A DNA stretch of 64,000 nt from a virus (taxonomy: Duplodnaviria > Heunggongvirae > Uroviricota > Caudoviricetes). The translations under genes and the position numbers were made by a program. The stretch's first letter is position 1. The number at the start of each line of letters is the position of its first letter. Below are positions 37,113 through 45,495 of the stretch, in pieces. The notes below the pieces were generated by a model. That model made no database searches and had not been told where the DNA came from. It worked only from the letters and a program-made list of their open reading frames with translations. The stretch is from positions 25,253 through 89,252 of IMG/VR virus record IMGVR_UViG_3300037466_003153, one strand, 5' to 3'.

Positions 37113-37612
37113 TGATAGATCGTAAGGATGCTATCTCTGTAGAAAGAAAATTTTACCCTGGTACTGGATATGTAAATACTTACATTTTTAAGTGTAAAGG
37201 GTTTGAATGTGATGAATTATGTCGTGTTCAAACCCAATATTTAAAGAAATCTAAAGGTCTTTGTAAAAGATGTGTTCAAAAAGGACTACCATTTGAAGCC
37301 AAATATAATGAGTTAAAAAAGAGCTGTAAGAGAAGAAATATAGATCTTACTATTAGTTATGAAGATTTTTTAGAATATACAAAAATAGTTAACTGTCACT
37401 ATTGTTTAGATAAGATTGTTTGGTATCCTTTTACAAGAGATACTAAAGATCATTCTGTTGTTAGTAGGAGCTATAATTTAGATAGAAAAAACAATGATTT
37501 AGGCTATACAAAAGAAAATTGTGTTGTTTGCTGTTGGAAATGTAACTCAGCTAAGAGTGCTAGATATACCTATGATGAATGGTATGGAATGACCGAGTAT
37601 TTTAGGTGTTGA
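37112..37612 (+). CDS. HNH endonuclease (homing-endonuclease-like, 166 aa)
   Basis: CHYC...NLDRKNNDLGY...CWKCN motif, as in the 42799 gene. Confidence 0.5.
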   Translation: MIDRKDAISVERKFYPGTGYVNTYIFKCKGFECDELCRVQTQYLKKSKGLCKRCVQKGLPFEAKYNELKKSCKRRNIDLTISYEDFLEYTKIVNCHYCLDKIVWYPFTRDTKDHSVVSRSYNLDRKNNDLGYTKENCVVCCWKCNSAKSARYTYDEWYGMTEYFRC

Positions 37613-37655
37613 AGTTAGTAATCTGCTATTATATAATAACCTAATAGGAGAGTTT

Positions 37656-37862
37656 ATGGACGAAAAGCGTAAAGAAGAAATTGAAAAAATTAAAGCCGAA
37701 GTCAAAGACTTACTTAATCAAATTGTCATTAAAACTACCGGTGTTAATGGCTCAGAAAGCGTTTATCTTACTTGTGTAAGAGCATATTCTAAACGTGTTC
37801 TCGATCGTGAATATGAAGCTGAACACAACGAAGATCAATATTACAACTCCAACTGTTACTGA
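37656..37862 (+). CDS. Small protein, tandem paralog A (C-terminal HNEDQYYNSNCY)
   Basis: GGAG Shine-Dalgarno. The C-terminal motif is shared with the next gene. Confidence 0.4.
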   Translation: MDEKRKEEIEKIKAEVKDLLNQIVIKTTGVNGSESVYLTCVRAYSKRVLDREYEAEHNEDQYYNSNCY

Positions 37863-37870
37863 GGTTTATT

Positions 37871-38188
37871 GTGGCTAAGAATAAAACCGATTATTCAGAA
37901 TTGAAAAGTGAAGTATTGGATACTCTTAATCAGCTTATGATTAAGCTTAAAGACATTGGCGAACCTATGACTTGCGAAGACGAGTATCGTGGTTCTCGTG
38001 TTTTGACAGAAGGTACCGAAGAAGTTTATGATGAAGAAGCCGACGACTATGTTGAAAAACCAGTCAAAGGTTTTGATGCAGAAAAACAATTTCTTGCTTG
38101 TGCAAAACAAATGTTAAAACGTATTGTTGCAGACGATCTTTGGACCGTTGCTCATAATGAAGATCAATATTACACTTCTAATTGTTAA
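37871..38188 (+). CDS. Small protein, tandem paralog B (C-terminal HNEDQYYTSNC)
   Basis: GTG start. Same C-terminal motif and similar N-terminal coiled coil. Confidence 0.4.
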   Translation: MAKNKTDYSELKSEVLDTLNQLMIKLKDIGEPMTCEDEYRGSRVLTEGTEEVYDEEADDYVEKPVKGFDAEKQFLACAKQMLKRIVADDLWTVAHNEDQYYTSNC

Positions 38189-38206
38189 TTTCTATATAGA
38201 GTAATG

Positions 38207-38278
38207 AAAATGTGTGGCAGCCTATGCTAGGAAGGGCGTATCCGTATTTGTTAGCAGACTTACGGGGCCACATTTTTT
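38207..38278 (+). terminator. Long compound hairpin with T-run (terminator-like or small structured RNA)
   Basis: AAAATGTGTGGC...GCCACATTTTTT closing stem around two internal hairpins. Confidence 0.3.
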
Positions 38279-38288
38279 AAGGATGATT

Positions 38289-38546
38289 ATGACCAGAGAA
38301 GAATCTAAAAAACTTAAACAGGAAATCATTGAAAAATTTAACGAAATTGCAGTTCTTCTACGCGATATTGAAGAAGAATATGAAGAACTTGACGTATATA
38401 ATGAAGAAACCAAAGAATGGGTATATGGTCCTAATCCAAATTGGACACCAGAAAATAAATTTCTTCTAACTTCCAAAAATGTTGTAGAGTCTCTTGCTTC
38501 AGGTGAAATCGACGACGCTTTGGATTACTACACCTCAAGTTTTTAA
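38289..38546 (+). CDS. Acidic hypothetical protein (85 aa)
   Basis: AAGGA Shine-Dalgarno. Confidence 0.4.
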   Translation: MTREESKKLKQEIIEKFNEIAVLLRDIEEEYEELDVYNEETKEWVYGPNPNWTPENKFLLTSKNVVESLASGEIDDALDYYTSSF

Positions 38547-38547
38547 T

Positions 38548-38973
38548 ATGTACGGTATAAAAAGAGGAACTATTGAAACTGAAGAAGCTAACGGAATCTG
38601 GAATGTAACAGGTGATTCCTTTTATGCTTATTTCATTCAATACACAGAACATCCTATTCACGATCCAGTTAAAGAAGTTCTTGAGCAAGAAAGTATGTTT
38701 GTAGACAAAACTAAAATGTCCACTAATCATATTAATAGAAGTGTTTATACTGTATATGAAGTTGATCAGGTAGAAACTGTTTGTCATTACAAGAATTTTT
38801 TACATGCGATTTGGAGATTAATCACTAGACAACCTTTACATACTACAAATGTTAGTAGGGTTAACCATAGCTATTTAGAGGGATATTACGTTAACAAAGA
38901 ACTATCTCCAAAGTTTGTTCAGCGTCATGTTACAGTTTGCTTTCCAATTGTTGTTTATAAAGAGGAAGGATAA
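38548..38973 (+). CDS. Hypothetical protein (141 aa)
   Basis: ORF. Confidence 0.4.
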   Translation: MYGIKRGTIETEEANGIWNVTGDSFYAYFIQYTEHPIHDPVKEVLEQESMFVDKTKMSTNHINRSVYTVYEVDQVETVCHYKNFLHAIWRLITRQPLHTTNVSRVNHSYLEGYYVNKELSPKFVQRHVTVCFPIVVYKEEG

Positions 38974-38975
38974 GT

Positions 38976-39956
38976 ATGATTTTAATTGGTAGCCAAGCTT
39001 TAAATCATTATGTTCCACTCAATCGTAAAATGCACGATTGGGATTTCATTATGACTAGGGAAGAACTAGTAGACTTTCATTGTGAGTATTATCAATACAA
39101 AGTTAAAGAAACTGATTACTCAATTCTTTACGATATTAATGGGACCATTGTAGAAATTAGAAATCCCGATCATCTAGATCCTACAGATGAAGTTCTTCTT
39201 TCTAATCCTGTTAATTACGTAAAGAAAATGAATACACCATTCGGTGAAACATACGTTGTTGAATTAGCTTATCTTTATGATATTAAACGTTCAACCGCTG
39301 AATGTATTCCTGAACATAAACATCAATACGATTTGAAATTGATGCAGGATACTTTTAAATTTACTAATGAATTTGAATCTCAGTTTTATAAGAAACGTTT
39401 AGCTGAAACTCAGCAACGTACTAAGAAAACCAATAAGGATATGTATGACTTCTTTCACAAGTACCATATTCCTGAGTACGTTGTTCACGATAGGCTTCAC
39501 GAAATGATTGCTGACTTATTGGATCTTCCTATGCCAACTTATGTCCGTACAATCACTGGAGCTGTTACCACTGTTCCCGAATTATATCATAAGCTAACTC
39601 ATGAGCAGAAGGTAAGTCTTATGGTGGAAGAAAGCATTGTCCTTTCTCTTGAACGTTGGTTTATTCCGCAAATGATCGAAAACGGAATCAACTATCGTGT
39701 GATTGACAAGTTTTATAACAACAATGAAGCCATGCCTACTTATAAGATTCTAAAGCATGTGAATCTTGTAGGTCTTAAAGGTGAAGCCGACTATGTTGTT
39801 CAGTTTGGTAAAGACAACTTCTTTGAAATTGAGAAGGAATGGATCAAAGCTAAGGAAGTCATTAAAGCTAAGGGAGGCTTCCCTGACTGGTTCTTTCAAG
39901 AGCTTTTCGATTTGAGAAAACGTTACAAGAATAACGAGAACATTGCTACCGTATGA
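38976..39956 (+). CDS. Hypothetical protein (326 aa); N-terminus has a GS...DWD pattern faintly reminiscent of a nucleotidyltransferase fold
   Basis: GGAAGG Shine-Dalgarno. MILIGSQALNHYVPLNRKMHDWDFI. Confidence 0.45.
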   Translation: MILIGSQALNHYVPLNRKMHDWDFIMTREELVDFHCEYYQYKVKETDYSILYDINGTIVEIRNPDHLDPTDEVLLSNPVNYVKKMNTPFGETYVVELAYLYDIKRSTAECIPEHKHQYDLKLMQDTFKFTNEFESQFYKKRLAETQQRTKKTNKDMYDFFHKYHIPEYVVHDRLHEMIADLLDLPMPTYVRTITGAVTTVPELYHKLTHEQKVSLMVEESIVLSLERWFIPQMIENGINYRVIDKFYNNNEAMPTYKILKHVNLVGLKGEADYVVQFGKDNFFEIEKEWIKAKEVIKAKGGFPDWFFQELFDLRKRYKNNENIATV

Positions 39957-40120
39957 GTAGAACCAAAAAGGGTAAGAAACCTCCCGGTTGGGACTATTGG
40001 GGTAAGCGTCCAATAGGTTGGGGAGATCATAGCACCAAGGGTAAACGTACTGGAATTAAACGTGAACGAGCTAAAGCAAAGCAATCTCTAATTAAGGAAA
40101 AGAAGAATGAAACGAAGTAA
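39953..40120 (+). CDS. Small basic protein (55 aa)
   Basis: Lys/Arg-rich. Confidence 0.3.
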   Translation: MSRTKKGKKPPGWDYWGKRPIGWGDHSTKGKRTGIKRERAKAKQSLIKEKKNETK

Positions 40121-40304
40121 AATTGTAAATCTCATTGCTGATTTTCTTTATGAGCTTAATCTTGATGCCGATGAAGCTAAAGAAAAGGCAGATAAACTAC
40201 TTACTTCTATCGAAGATTCAGGTATGGACCCACCTCAATACATGGATAAAGGATGTAGGTGTATGACTTGCTATAGCTATGGATGGGAACCTGAAAATGA
40301 TTAA
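40107..40304 (+). CDS. Hypothetical protein (65 aa)
   Basis: ORF. Confidence 0.4.
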   Translation: MKRSKIVNLIADFLYELNLDADEAKEKADKLLTSIEDSGMDPPQYMDKGCRCMTCYSYGWEPEND

Positions 40305-40743
40305 ATATATCAAAGGCGACTTGTTTGCTACCGATGCTGACATTATCGCTCATGGTGTGAATTGTCAGGGTAAATTCGAATCAGGTATTGCTGGTATCAT
40401 CAAACAAAAATACCCTAAAGCAAGACAATACTATCTTGATAAATACGAAGATGAAGGTTGGAATTTAGGCGATGTCCAATATGTGAAGATTGGTAGTGGT
40501 GATAATTTTATTGCCAACTGTGCCACTCAAGACACATATCTTCCTAGAGGTATATGTCACGTTGACTATAATGCTATTAGACAATGTATGGAAAATGTTA
40601 AACGTGTAGCAAAGTTACATGGGTACACAGTTGCTATACCTAAAATTGGTGCAGGACTTGCTGGTGGTGATTGGAATATTATCGAAAAAATTATTAATAA
40701 AGTATTTGATGATTATCCTATTATCTGTTATTATATAGACTGA
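40279..40743 (+). CDS. Macro-domain protein (ADP-ribose-binding / ADP-ribosyl hydrolase family, 154 aa)
   Basis: GDLFATDADIIAHGVNCQGKFESGIAGII and VAIPKIGAGLAGGDW match the macro-domain signature (GD..xxxDAIVNAAN..GGGV..AI / IAFP.I.tG..G). Confidence 0.65.
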   Translation: MDGNLKMIKYIKGDLFATDADIIAHGVNCQGKFESGIAGIIKQKYPKARQYYLDKYEDEGWNLGDVQYVKIGSGDNFIANCATQDTYLPRGICHVDYNAIRQCMENVKRVAKLHGYTVAIPKIGAGLAGGDWNIIEKIINKVFDDYPIICYYID

Positions 40744-40785
40744 TGTTACAAGTTAGGCAATTGTCACATTCTACGGAGTTAATTT

Positions 40786-41223
40786 ATGAAAGTAGTGATT
40801 AACAAGTGTTATGGCGGCTTTTCAATCTCCCCGGAGGCGGCGCTTTGGTTATATGAACGCGGCTTCAAAGCTGAAGGATTTGTAACGCCAATCGAAAACT
40901 ACTGGAGTGACTTAACGGCTGAGCGGGGCAAGACCTTAGGGTATAAAGCTCAACTGGCACGGTGGCAGGAATATCGTAGCGGAAAACATGCCGGAAGTAG
41001 TTTCATTACCGTTTTTGCTCCCGACGAAAAAAGTGTCCTTAGCACTCGCCCGGATTGTCGCCATGACCCGCTCTTGATTGAGTGTATCGAAACCCTTGGC
41101 GACAAAGCTAACGGGAGGTGCGCAGAGCTAAAGATTATCGAGATTCCAGACGGCGTTGATTACACCATCGATGAGTATGACGGCATGGAGCATATCGCCG
41201 AAAAACATCGGACTTGGGGATGA
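40786..41223 (+). CDS. Hypothetical protein (145 aa), first gene of the GC-rich island
   Basis: GGAG Shine-Dalgarno. GC content is clearly above the phage background. Confidence 0.5.
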   Translation: MKVVINKCYGGFSISPEAALWLYERGFKAEGFVTPIENYWSDLTAERGKTLGYKAQLARWQEYRSGKHAGSSFITVFAPDEKSVLSTRPDCRHDPLLIECIETLGDKANGRCAELKIIEIPDGVDYTIDEYDGMEHIAEKHRTWG

Positions 41224-41258
41224 GACACTTTCACAAAGAGTAACGAGGTATTGAAATC

Positions 41259-41438
41259 ATGGGCCAATCTTTAGACGAGTTTATCGCAAAATACGGCGCT
41301 GTTCAGGTGCTCAAAAAGAACCTGAAAGCCAATATAGACGTGTATTGCGACGGCTGGACCGAAGAACAGAAGGAACAGCTTCTCCGTATGAACATGATTA
41401 TGGTCCGCCAATGCCTAAATGACTTTGGAGCGGAATGA
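41259..41438 (+). CDS. Hypothetical small protein (59 aa), GC-rich island
   Basis: AGGTATTGAAATCATG context. Just under the 60-aa ORF-track cutoff. Confidence 0.35.
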   Translation: MGQSLDEFIAKYGAVQVLKKNLKANIDVYCDGWTEEQKEQLLRMNMIMVRQCLNDFGAE

Positions 41439-41439
41439 G

Positions 41440-41636
41440 ACAAATTAAATTGTAACCTCTGGTGATTCCAGTCCGTTCCAACGGTCAATTAGGGTCACTG
41501 TCGATGAGAGGTCGGCCCAGAGGAAACAAGCCTGCGGGTGCCCTCTACCAACGTATGGGTGGAGTCCGAAAGAGGGTAAATGGAAAGCTCGTACTCCCCA
41601 GCCCGCAGGATTCATTGAGCGCGAATTGAATGGAGT
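41440..41636 (+). ncRNA. Candidate structured noncoding RNA / cis-regulatory RNA (~190 nt, GC-rich, multi-stem)
   Basis: Perfect nested stems: CCTCTGG 41456-62 with CCAGAGG 41517-23; CCTGCGGG 41531-38 with CCCGCAGG 41602-09; CCCTCT 41541-46 with AGAGGG 41571-76; GGAGT 41561-65 with ACTCC 41594-98. Ends in the GGAG Shine-Dalgarno of the next gene. Confidence 0.35.
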
Positions 41637-41984
41637 TTGTTTATGAAAATAGATTGTGGCGATAACTCATGTCACTTTGCAGAAGATAAAAGCGGGATGC
41701 GGACAAATGGTGGCTGTAGGTGCTTGAGTAATGCGGGTTTTAGTCGCTCAGCCATAGCCAGCGCCTACGAGATGCTGCCCGAGATTCTTCGCTTACGAGA
41801 AGAGCGCGACGCACTCCGCGCTGAGCGTGACGACGCCCGCGAAAACTCGAATAGGTTTCAAATGCAGGTTATGCAACTCCGCGCTGCCGGGGACGCTATG
41901 TATAAGGTTTGCGTTGGCGATTCCAGCGAGAGCTTTCTCAAGGTCGCACGCGAGTGGAAAAAAGCCGTTGGAAAACAAGGCTAA
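41637..41984 (+). CDS. Cys-cluster + coiled-coil protein (115 aa), GC-rich island
   Basis: CGDNSCHF...GGCRC then LREERDALRAERDDAREN. Same architecture as 19095..19475. Confidence 0.45.
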   Translation: MFMKIDCGDNSCHFAEDKSGMRTNGGCRCLSNAGFSRSAIASAYEMLPEILRLREERDALRAERDDARENSNRFQMQVMQLRAAGDAMYKVCVGDSSESFLKVAREWKKAVGKQG

Positions 41985-42007
41985 GTAACAGTTCAAAGAA
42001 AGGTAAC

Positions 42008-42808
42008 ATGATTAAATTAAGAGCAAATGGCATTGAAGTTCCGTTTGAAGTATCGAAGTTTCCAGATGGCACCAGTCAACTTTGGAAAGCAGGTAGGTTA
42101 GACTTATTTAGCCATTTTCGTATCAATTTTATTTGGGAGAATGATGAAAGAGAAGTTTTTCATCTTCTAATGCTTATTGATCTAATAAGATCATATAATC
42201 CAGATGCTTTTATTTATCTTGCTATGCCATATTTACCTTATGCGCGTCAAGATAAGCCAGTTGTAAGTGAATTCACATTTGCATTAAATACGTTTGCTAA
42301 CTTGTTGAATTCTAAAAACATCGATCTTATTGAGAGTTTTGACGTTCATAGTAATCAAGCTCATAAACTAATCAAAAACTTTCATTCAATTAGTCCACAA
42401 AATTTTCATAATTGGGTATACTCAAAATTTAAACCAGATTTATTTTTTTATCCCGATCGCGGAGCTGCATATCGTTACGCTGCTGCTATTAATGAAATTA
42501 TGTTATTTGGTAACAAGGTTAGAAACCAAAGCACTGGTGAAATTACAGATTATGAAATTGCCAATCTAAACCACTTTGATATTAAGGATAAAAAGATTCT
42601 TATTATTGATGATATTTGTGATGGTGGTGCTACTTTCATTACCGCTGCTAAAAAGCTAAAAGAACATGGAGCTGGTGAAATTGGCTTGTGTGTATCACAT
42701 GGTTTGTTTTCTAAAGGATTTGATGAGATGAAAGCTGCTGGTATTAGTCAATTCTTCACAACTAATAGTTTGTTGAAAAATTCCGATGGGTACAAGGTTT
42801 GGGAATGA
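42008..42808 (+). CDS. Ribose-phosphate pyrophosphokinase (Prs)-like protein; candidate ADPR-pyrophosphate synthetase (Adps) of an NAD+ reconstitution pathway
   Basis: PRPP-binding loop KILIIDDICDGGATFITAAKKL, a Prs-like N-terminal half and an AGGTAACATG start context. Confidence 0.65.
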   Translation: MIKLRANGIEVPFEVSKFPDGTSQLWKAGRLDLFSHFRINFIWENDEREVFHLLMLIDLIRSYNPDAFIYLAMPYLPYARQDKPVVSEFTFALNTFANLLNSKNIDLIESFDVHSNQAHKLIKNFHSISPQNFHNWVYSKFKPDLFFYPDRGAAYRYAAAINEIMLFGNKVRNQSTGEITDYEIANLNHFDIKDKKILIIDDICDGGATFITAAKKLKEHGAGEIGLCVSHGLFSKGFDEMKAAGISQFFTTNSLLKNSDGYKVWE

Positions 42809-43362
42809 GACAACGTATTTACATGGAACCTGGTTTGAAGTTTGGAAGATGGACTTCCATTCAATTTTCTCATAAGGATTCAAGTAATATTTATTTTTGG
42901 TTGTTTAAATGTGACTGTGGTAATGAAAAAGTTATTAGAGCAATGTCTGTAACTTCAGGAAGATCTAAAAGTTGCGGTTGTTATGATAGAGAATTAAAAT
43001 CTAAAAGACAAATTAAACAACCGGGATATGCAGCTTGTAGAAAAGTATATAATACATACAAACATCATGCCGAACGTAGGAATTTGTGTTTTGAATTGAC
43101 GTTTGAAGAGTTTAAGAAATTAGGAGAAACTAATTGTTATATTTGTGGTATTGAACCTAAACAATTAGTTGCTATTGATAAATCAGGAATAACAACAAAT
43201 TGGTCATATAATGGTATTGATAGAGAAGATAATACCAAAGGTTATTCCTTGAATAATTGTAGAGCATGTTGTAAAATATGTAATGTAGCCAAAAATGACT
43301 TGACTGAGGAAGAATTCAAAAACTGGTTGAATCGTATTGTAACCTTTAATAAGGAAATGTAA
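42799..43362 (+). CDS. HNH endonuclease (homing-endonuclease-like) inserted between the Prs-like and NAMPT-like genes
   Basis: CYICG...NGIDREDNTKGY...CCKICN. Confidence 0.5.
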   Translation: MGMRQRIYMEPGLKFGRWTSIQFSHKDSSNIYFWLFKCDCGNEKVIRAMSVTSGRSKSCGCYDRELKSKRQIKQPGYAACRKVYNTYKHHAERRNLCFELTFEEFKKLGETNCYICGIEPKQLVAIDKSGITTNWSYNGIDREDNTKGYSLNNCRACCKICNVAKNDLTEEEFKNWLNRIVTFNKEM

Positions 43363-43363
43363 A

Positions 43364-44815
43364 ATGAACAAAAATCTTCTTTTATGTACTGATATTTACA
43401 AGGTCGGCCATATGCTTCAATATAAGCCAGGGACCACAAAAGTATATTCATATCTTACAACTCGTTCTGACAAGAAGATCCCTTACACTATTTTCTTTGG
43501 ACTTCAATATTATCTTAAGGAATATCTTTCTAGACCAATCACAAAAGAAGATGCTGATGAATTTTGTGAATATTACAAAATGATTCTAGGTGTAGAACCA
43601 AATGAAGAAACCAAAGTTAAAGTTTATGGTTTAGTTGAATTGGGTTATTTACCCTTAAAAATTAAGGCTGTACCGGAAGGTACCATTATGCCTGTAAAAA
43701 ATGTATTGCTAACTATGACCAATACACATCCCCAATTCGCATGGGTTGTTGGCTTTTTCGAATCTCTTATTCTAAAGCTTTGGAATACTACTACTGTTGC
43801 AAGCTATAGCCACAAGCTTAGACAACTCTGTGTAGAATATGCAGATGCGACTTGTGATAACAATGATCATGTCAACTTTCAAGTTCATGACTTTGGCTAT
43901 CGTGGTGTTAGTTCGGAAGAAACTGCAGCTCTATCTGGTGCGGCTCATCTTCTTAATTTTTTAGGAACTGACACTGTTCCTGCTGTAGCATTTCATAAGG
44001 AGTATTATGCTGGCGAATTTCCTATCGGTCTTAGCGTTCCTGCTTCTGAACATTCAGTTATGTGCAGTTTTGGTAGGGACAACGAACTCGACGCATTTAG
44101 AAATATGCTTAGCTTGTATCCAAGTGGTATTGTCAGTATTGTATCTGATACTTACAATATCTGGAACGTTTTGACTAATTTTGCTTCACAATTGAAGGAT
44201 GAAATTTTAGCTCGCGACGGTAAAGTTGTTTTCAGACCAGATAGTGGAGATCCTGAACAAATTATCAACGGTTCAAATGAATGTAATTGTAAAAATGATA
44301 TTTGCGGTCCAATGTGTGAACCGGATTGTAAAGGAGCATTACAACTTCTTTGGGAACAGTTTGGAGGAACAATTAACTCGAAAGGTTATAAAGTTCTAAA
44401 TCCTAAAGTTGGTCTAATTTACGGCGATGGCATGTATTATGATCGTTTCAAACGCATTCTAAAAACTATGGAAGAGAATGGATTTGCGAGTAGCAATTTA
44501 GTTATCGGCGTTGGTGGATTGCTCCTTCAGGATCATTCAAGAGATGACCAAGCATATGCTATTAAAGCTACATATTCAGAAGTGAATGGTGTTCCTTTTG
44601 AGCTTATGAAAGATCCTATTACAGATAGCAAAAAGAAGTCACATAAAGGATTACTCGCTCTATTTCAAAGTGAATATGATGGTAGTTATCTAACTTATGA
44701 TCAATGTACACCCGAAATGGAAGAAATGGGTTTGCTTAAAACTGTATTCGAAGATGGTAAAATTTTAGTTAATACCAATCTTCAAGAAATTCGTAAGAGA
44801 GTATTGGAAGGTTAA
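43364..44815 (+). CDS. nadV: Nicotinamide phosphoribosyltransferase family protein (NadV/NAMPT-like; candidate Namat)
   Basis: Signature DFGYRGVSS plus a full-length ~480-aa NAMPT fold pattern. Confidence 0.85.
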   Translation: MNKNLLLCTDIYKVGHMLQYKPGTTKVYSYLTTRSDKKIPYTIFFGLQYYLKEYLSRPITKEDADEFCEYYKMILGVEPNEETKVKVYGLVELGYLPLKIKAVPEGTIMPVKNVLLTMTNTHPQFAWVVGFFESLILKLWNTTTVASYSHKLRQLCVEYADATCDNNDHVNFQVHDFGYRGVSSEETAALSGAAHLLNFLGTDTVPAVAFHKEYYAGEFPIGLSVPASEHSVMCSFGRDNELDAFRNMLSLYPSGIVSIVSDTYNIWNVLTNFASQLKDEILARDGKVVFRPDSGDPEQIINGSNECNCKNDICGPMCEPDCKGALQLLWEQFGGTINSKGYKVLNPKVGLIYGDGMYYDRFKRILKTMEENGFASSNLVIGVGGLLLQDHSRDDQAYAIKATYSEVNGVPFELMKDPITDSKKKSHKGLLALFQSEYDGSYLTYDQCTPEMEEMGLLKTVFEDGKILVNTNLQEIRKRVLEG

Positions 44816-45024
44816 TGCCTAAAATTGAACTGACTTGCAAGTATTGTGGGAAAGAATGGACGCAGGTTGTCATGAATCAGGACGACTTGGAAAATCTAAA
44901 ATGTATCCTATGTGGAGATAGTAGTGTTTCCGCTAGACAAATAGATGAAACCAAGCGTGACGTTTTTGGATATGACAACCAAGACCCAAGAGAAGATGCT
45001 TATTTTCCTAGAAGAAAATACTAG
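44815..45024 (+). CDS. Small zinc-ribbon protein (69 aa)
   Basis: CKYCG...CILCG. Confidence 0.45.
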   Translation: MPKIELTCKYCGKEWTQVVMNQDDLENLKCILCGDSSVSARQIDETKRDVFGYDNQDPREDAYFPRRKY

Positions 45025-45071
45025 AAGTTTAAACTAATAATTGTTATAATATAGGAATATTAGGAGATAAC

Positions 45072-45296
45072 ATGTTTCGATGTGATTATTGTGATCAAGT
45101 TTCAGCACCAAGAGAACAAATGAATAAAAGAGTTCATCAAACTCGCGAGAAGATTTATTTTGAAATGACTCGCGAAACAAATGATGAAGGAAATGAAGTT
45201 ATTGTTCAAGGTAAGGAACTTGGTAGAGGTTTAGAAGTAGTTAGAGAAGTATCTCTTTGTAAGATTTGTGCAAAGGTCGAAGATCAATATGCGTAA
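45072..45296 (+). CDS. Small zinc-binding protein (74 aa)
   Basis: CDYCDQ...CKICA. Confidence 0.45.
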   Translation: MFRCDYCDQVSAPREQMNKRVHQTREKIYFEMTRETNDEGNEVIVQGKELGRGLEVVREVSLCKICAKVEDQYA

Positions 45297-45495
45297 TTAT
45301 CGTGTCACATTTTATAAGCTCGAAAAAGAAAATGACGAAAAGGGTAAATCCTTCGTTAAGGATAGTAAGTATTTAGGATCGGTTGTTGTAGACGATAGCG
45401 GAACTGGAACCAATCTTACTCTTACAGCTAAGGCTTTCCGCCAAGCTAGCGAAATCTGCCAAATTGCAGACAAGGTTCGCATTGAGCAACTATGA
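45289..45495 (+). CDS. Hypothetical protein (68 aa)
   Basis: ORF. Confidence 0.4.
   Translation: MRNYRVTFYKLEKENDEKGKSFVKDSKYLGSVVVDDSGTGTNLTLTAKAFRQASEICQIADKVRIEQL

Noticed and set aside
41490-41530. Hammerhead-ribozyme-like sequence (…CGAUGAG…GAAAC) inside the GC-rich noncoding element.
   Set aside because: The core deviates from the invariant CUGAUGA box and the helix geometry does not fit. Kept only as part of the generic structured-RNA finding.
41909-42007. N-terminal extension of the Prs-like ORF.
   Set aside because: It overlaps the preceding gene in another frame. The ATG at 42008 is preceded by AGGTAAC and starts the conserved domain.
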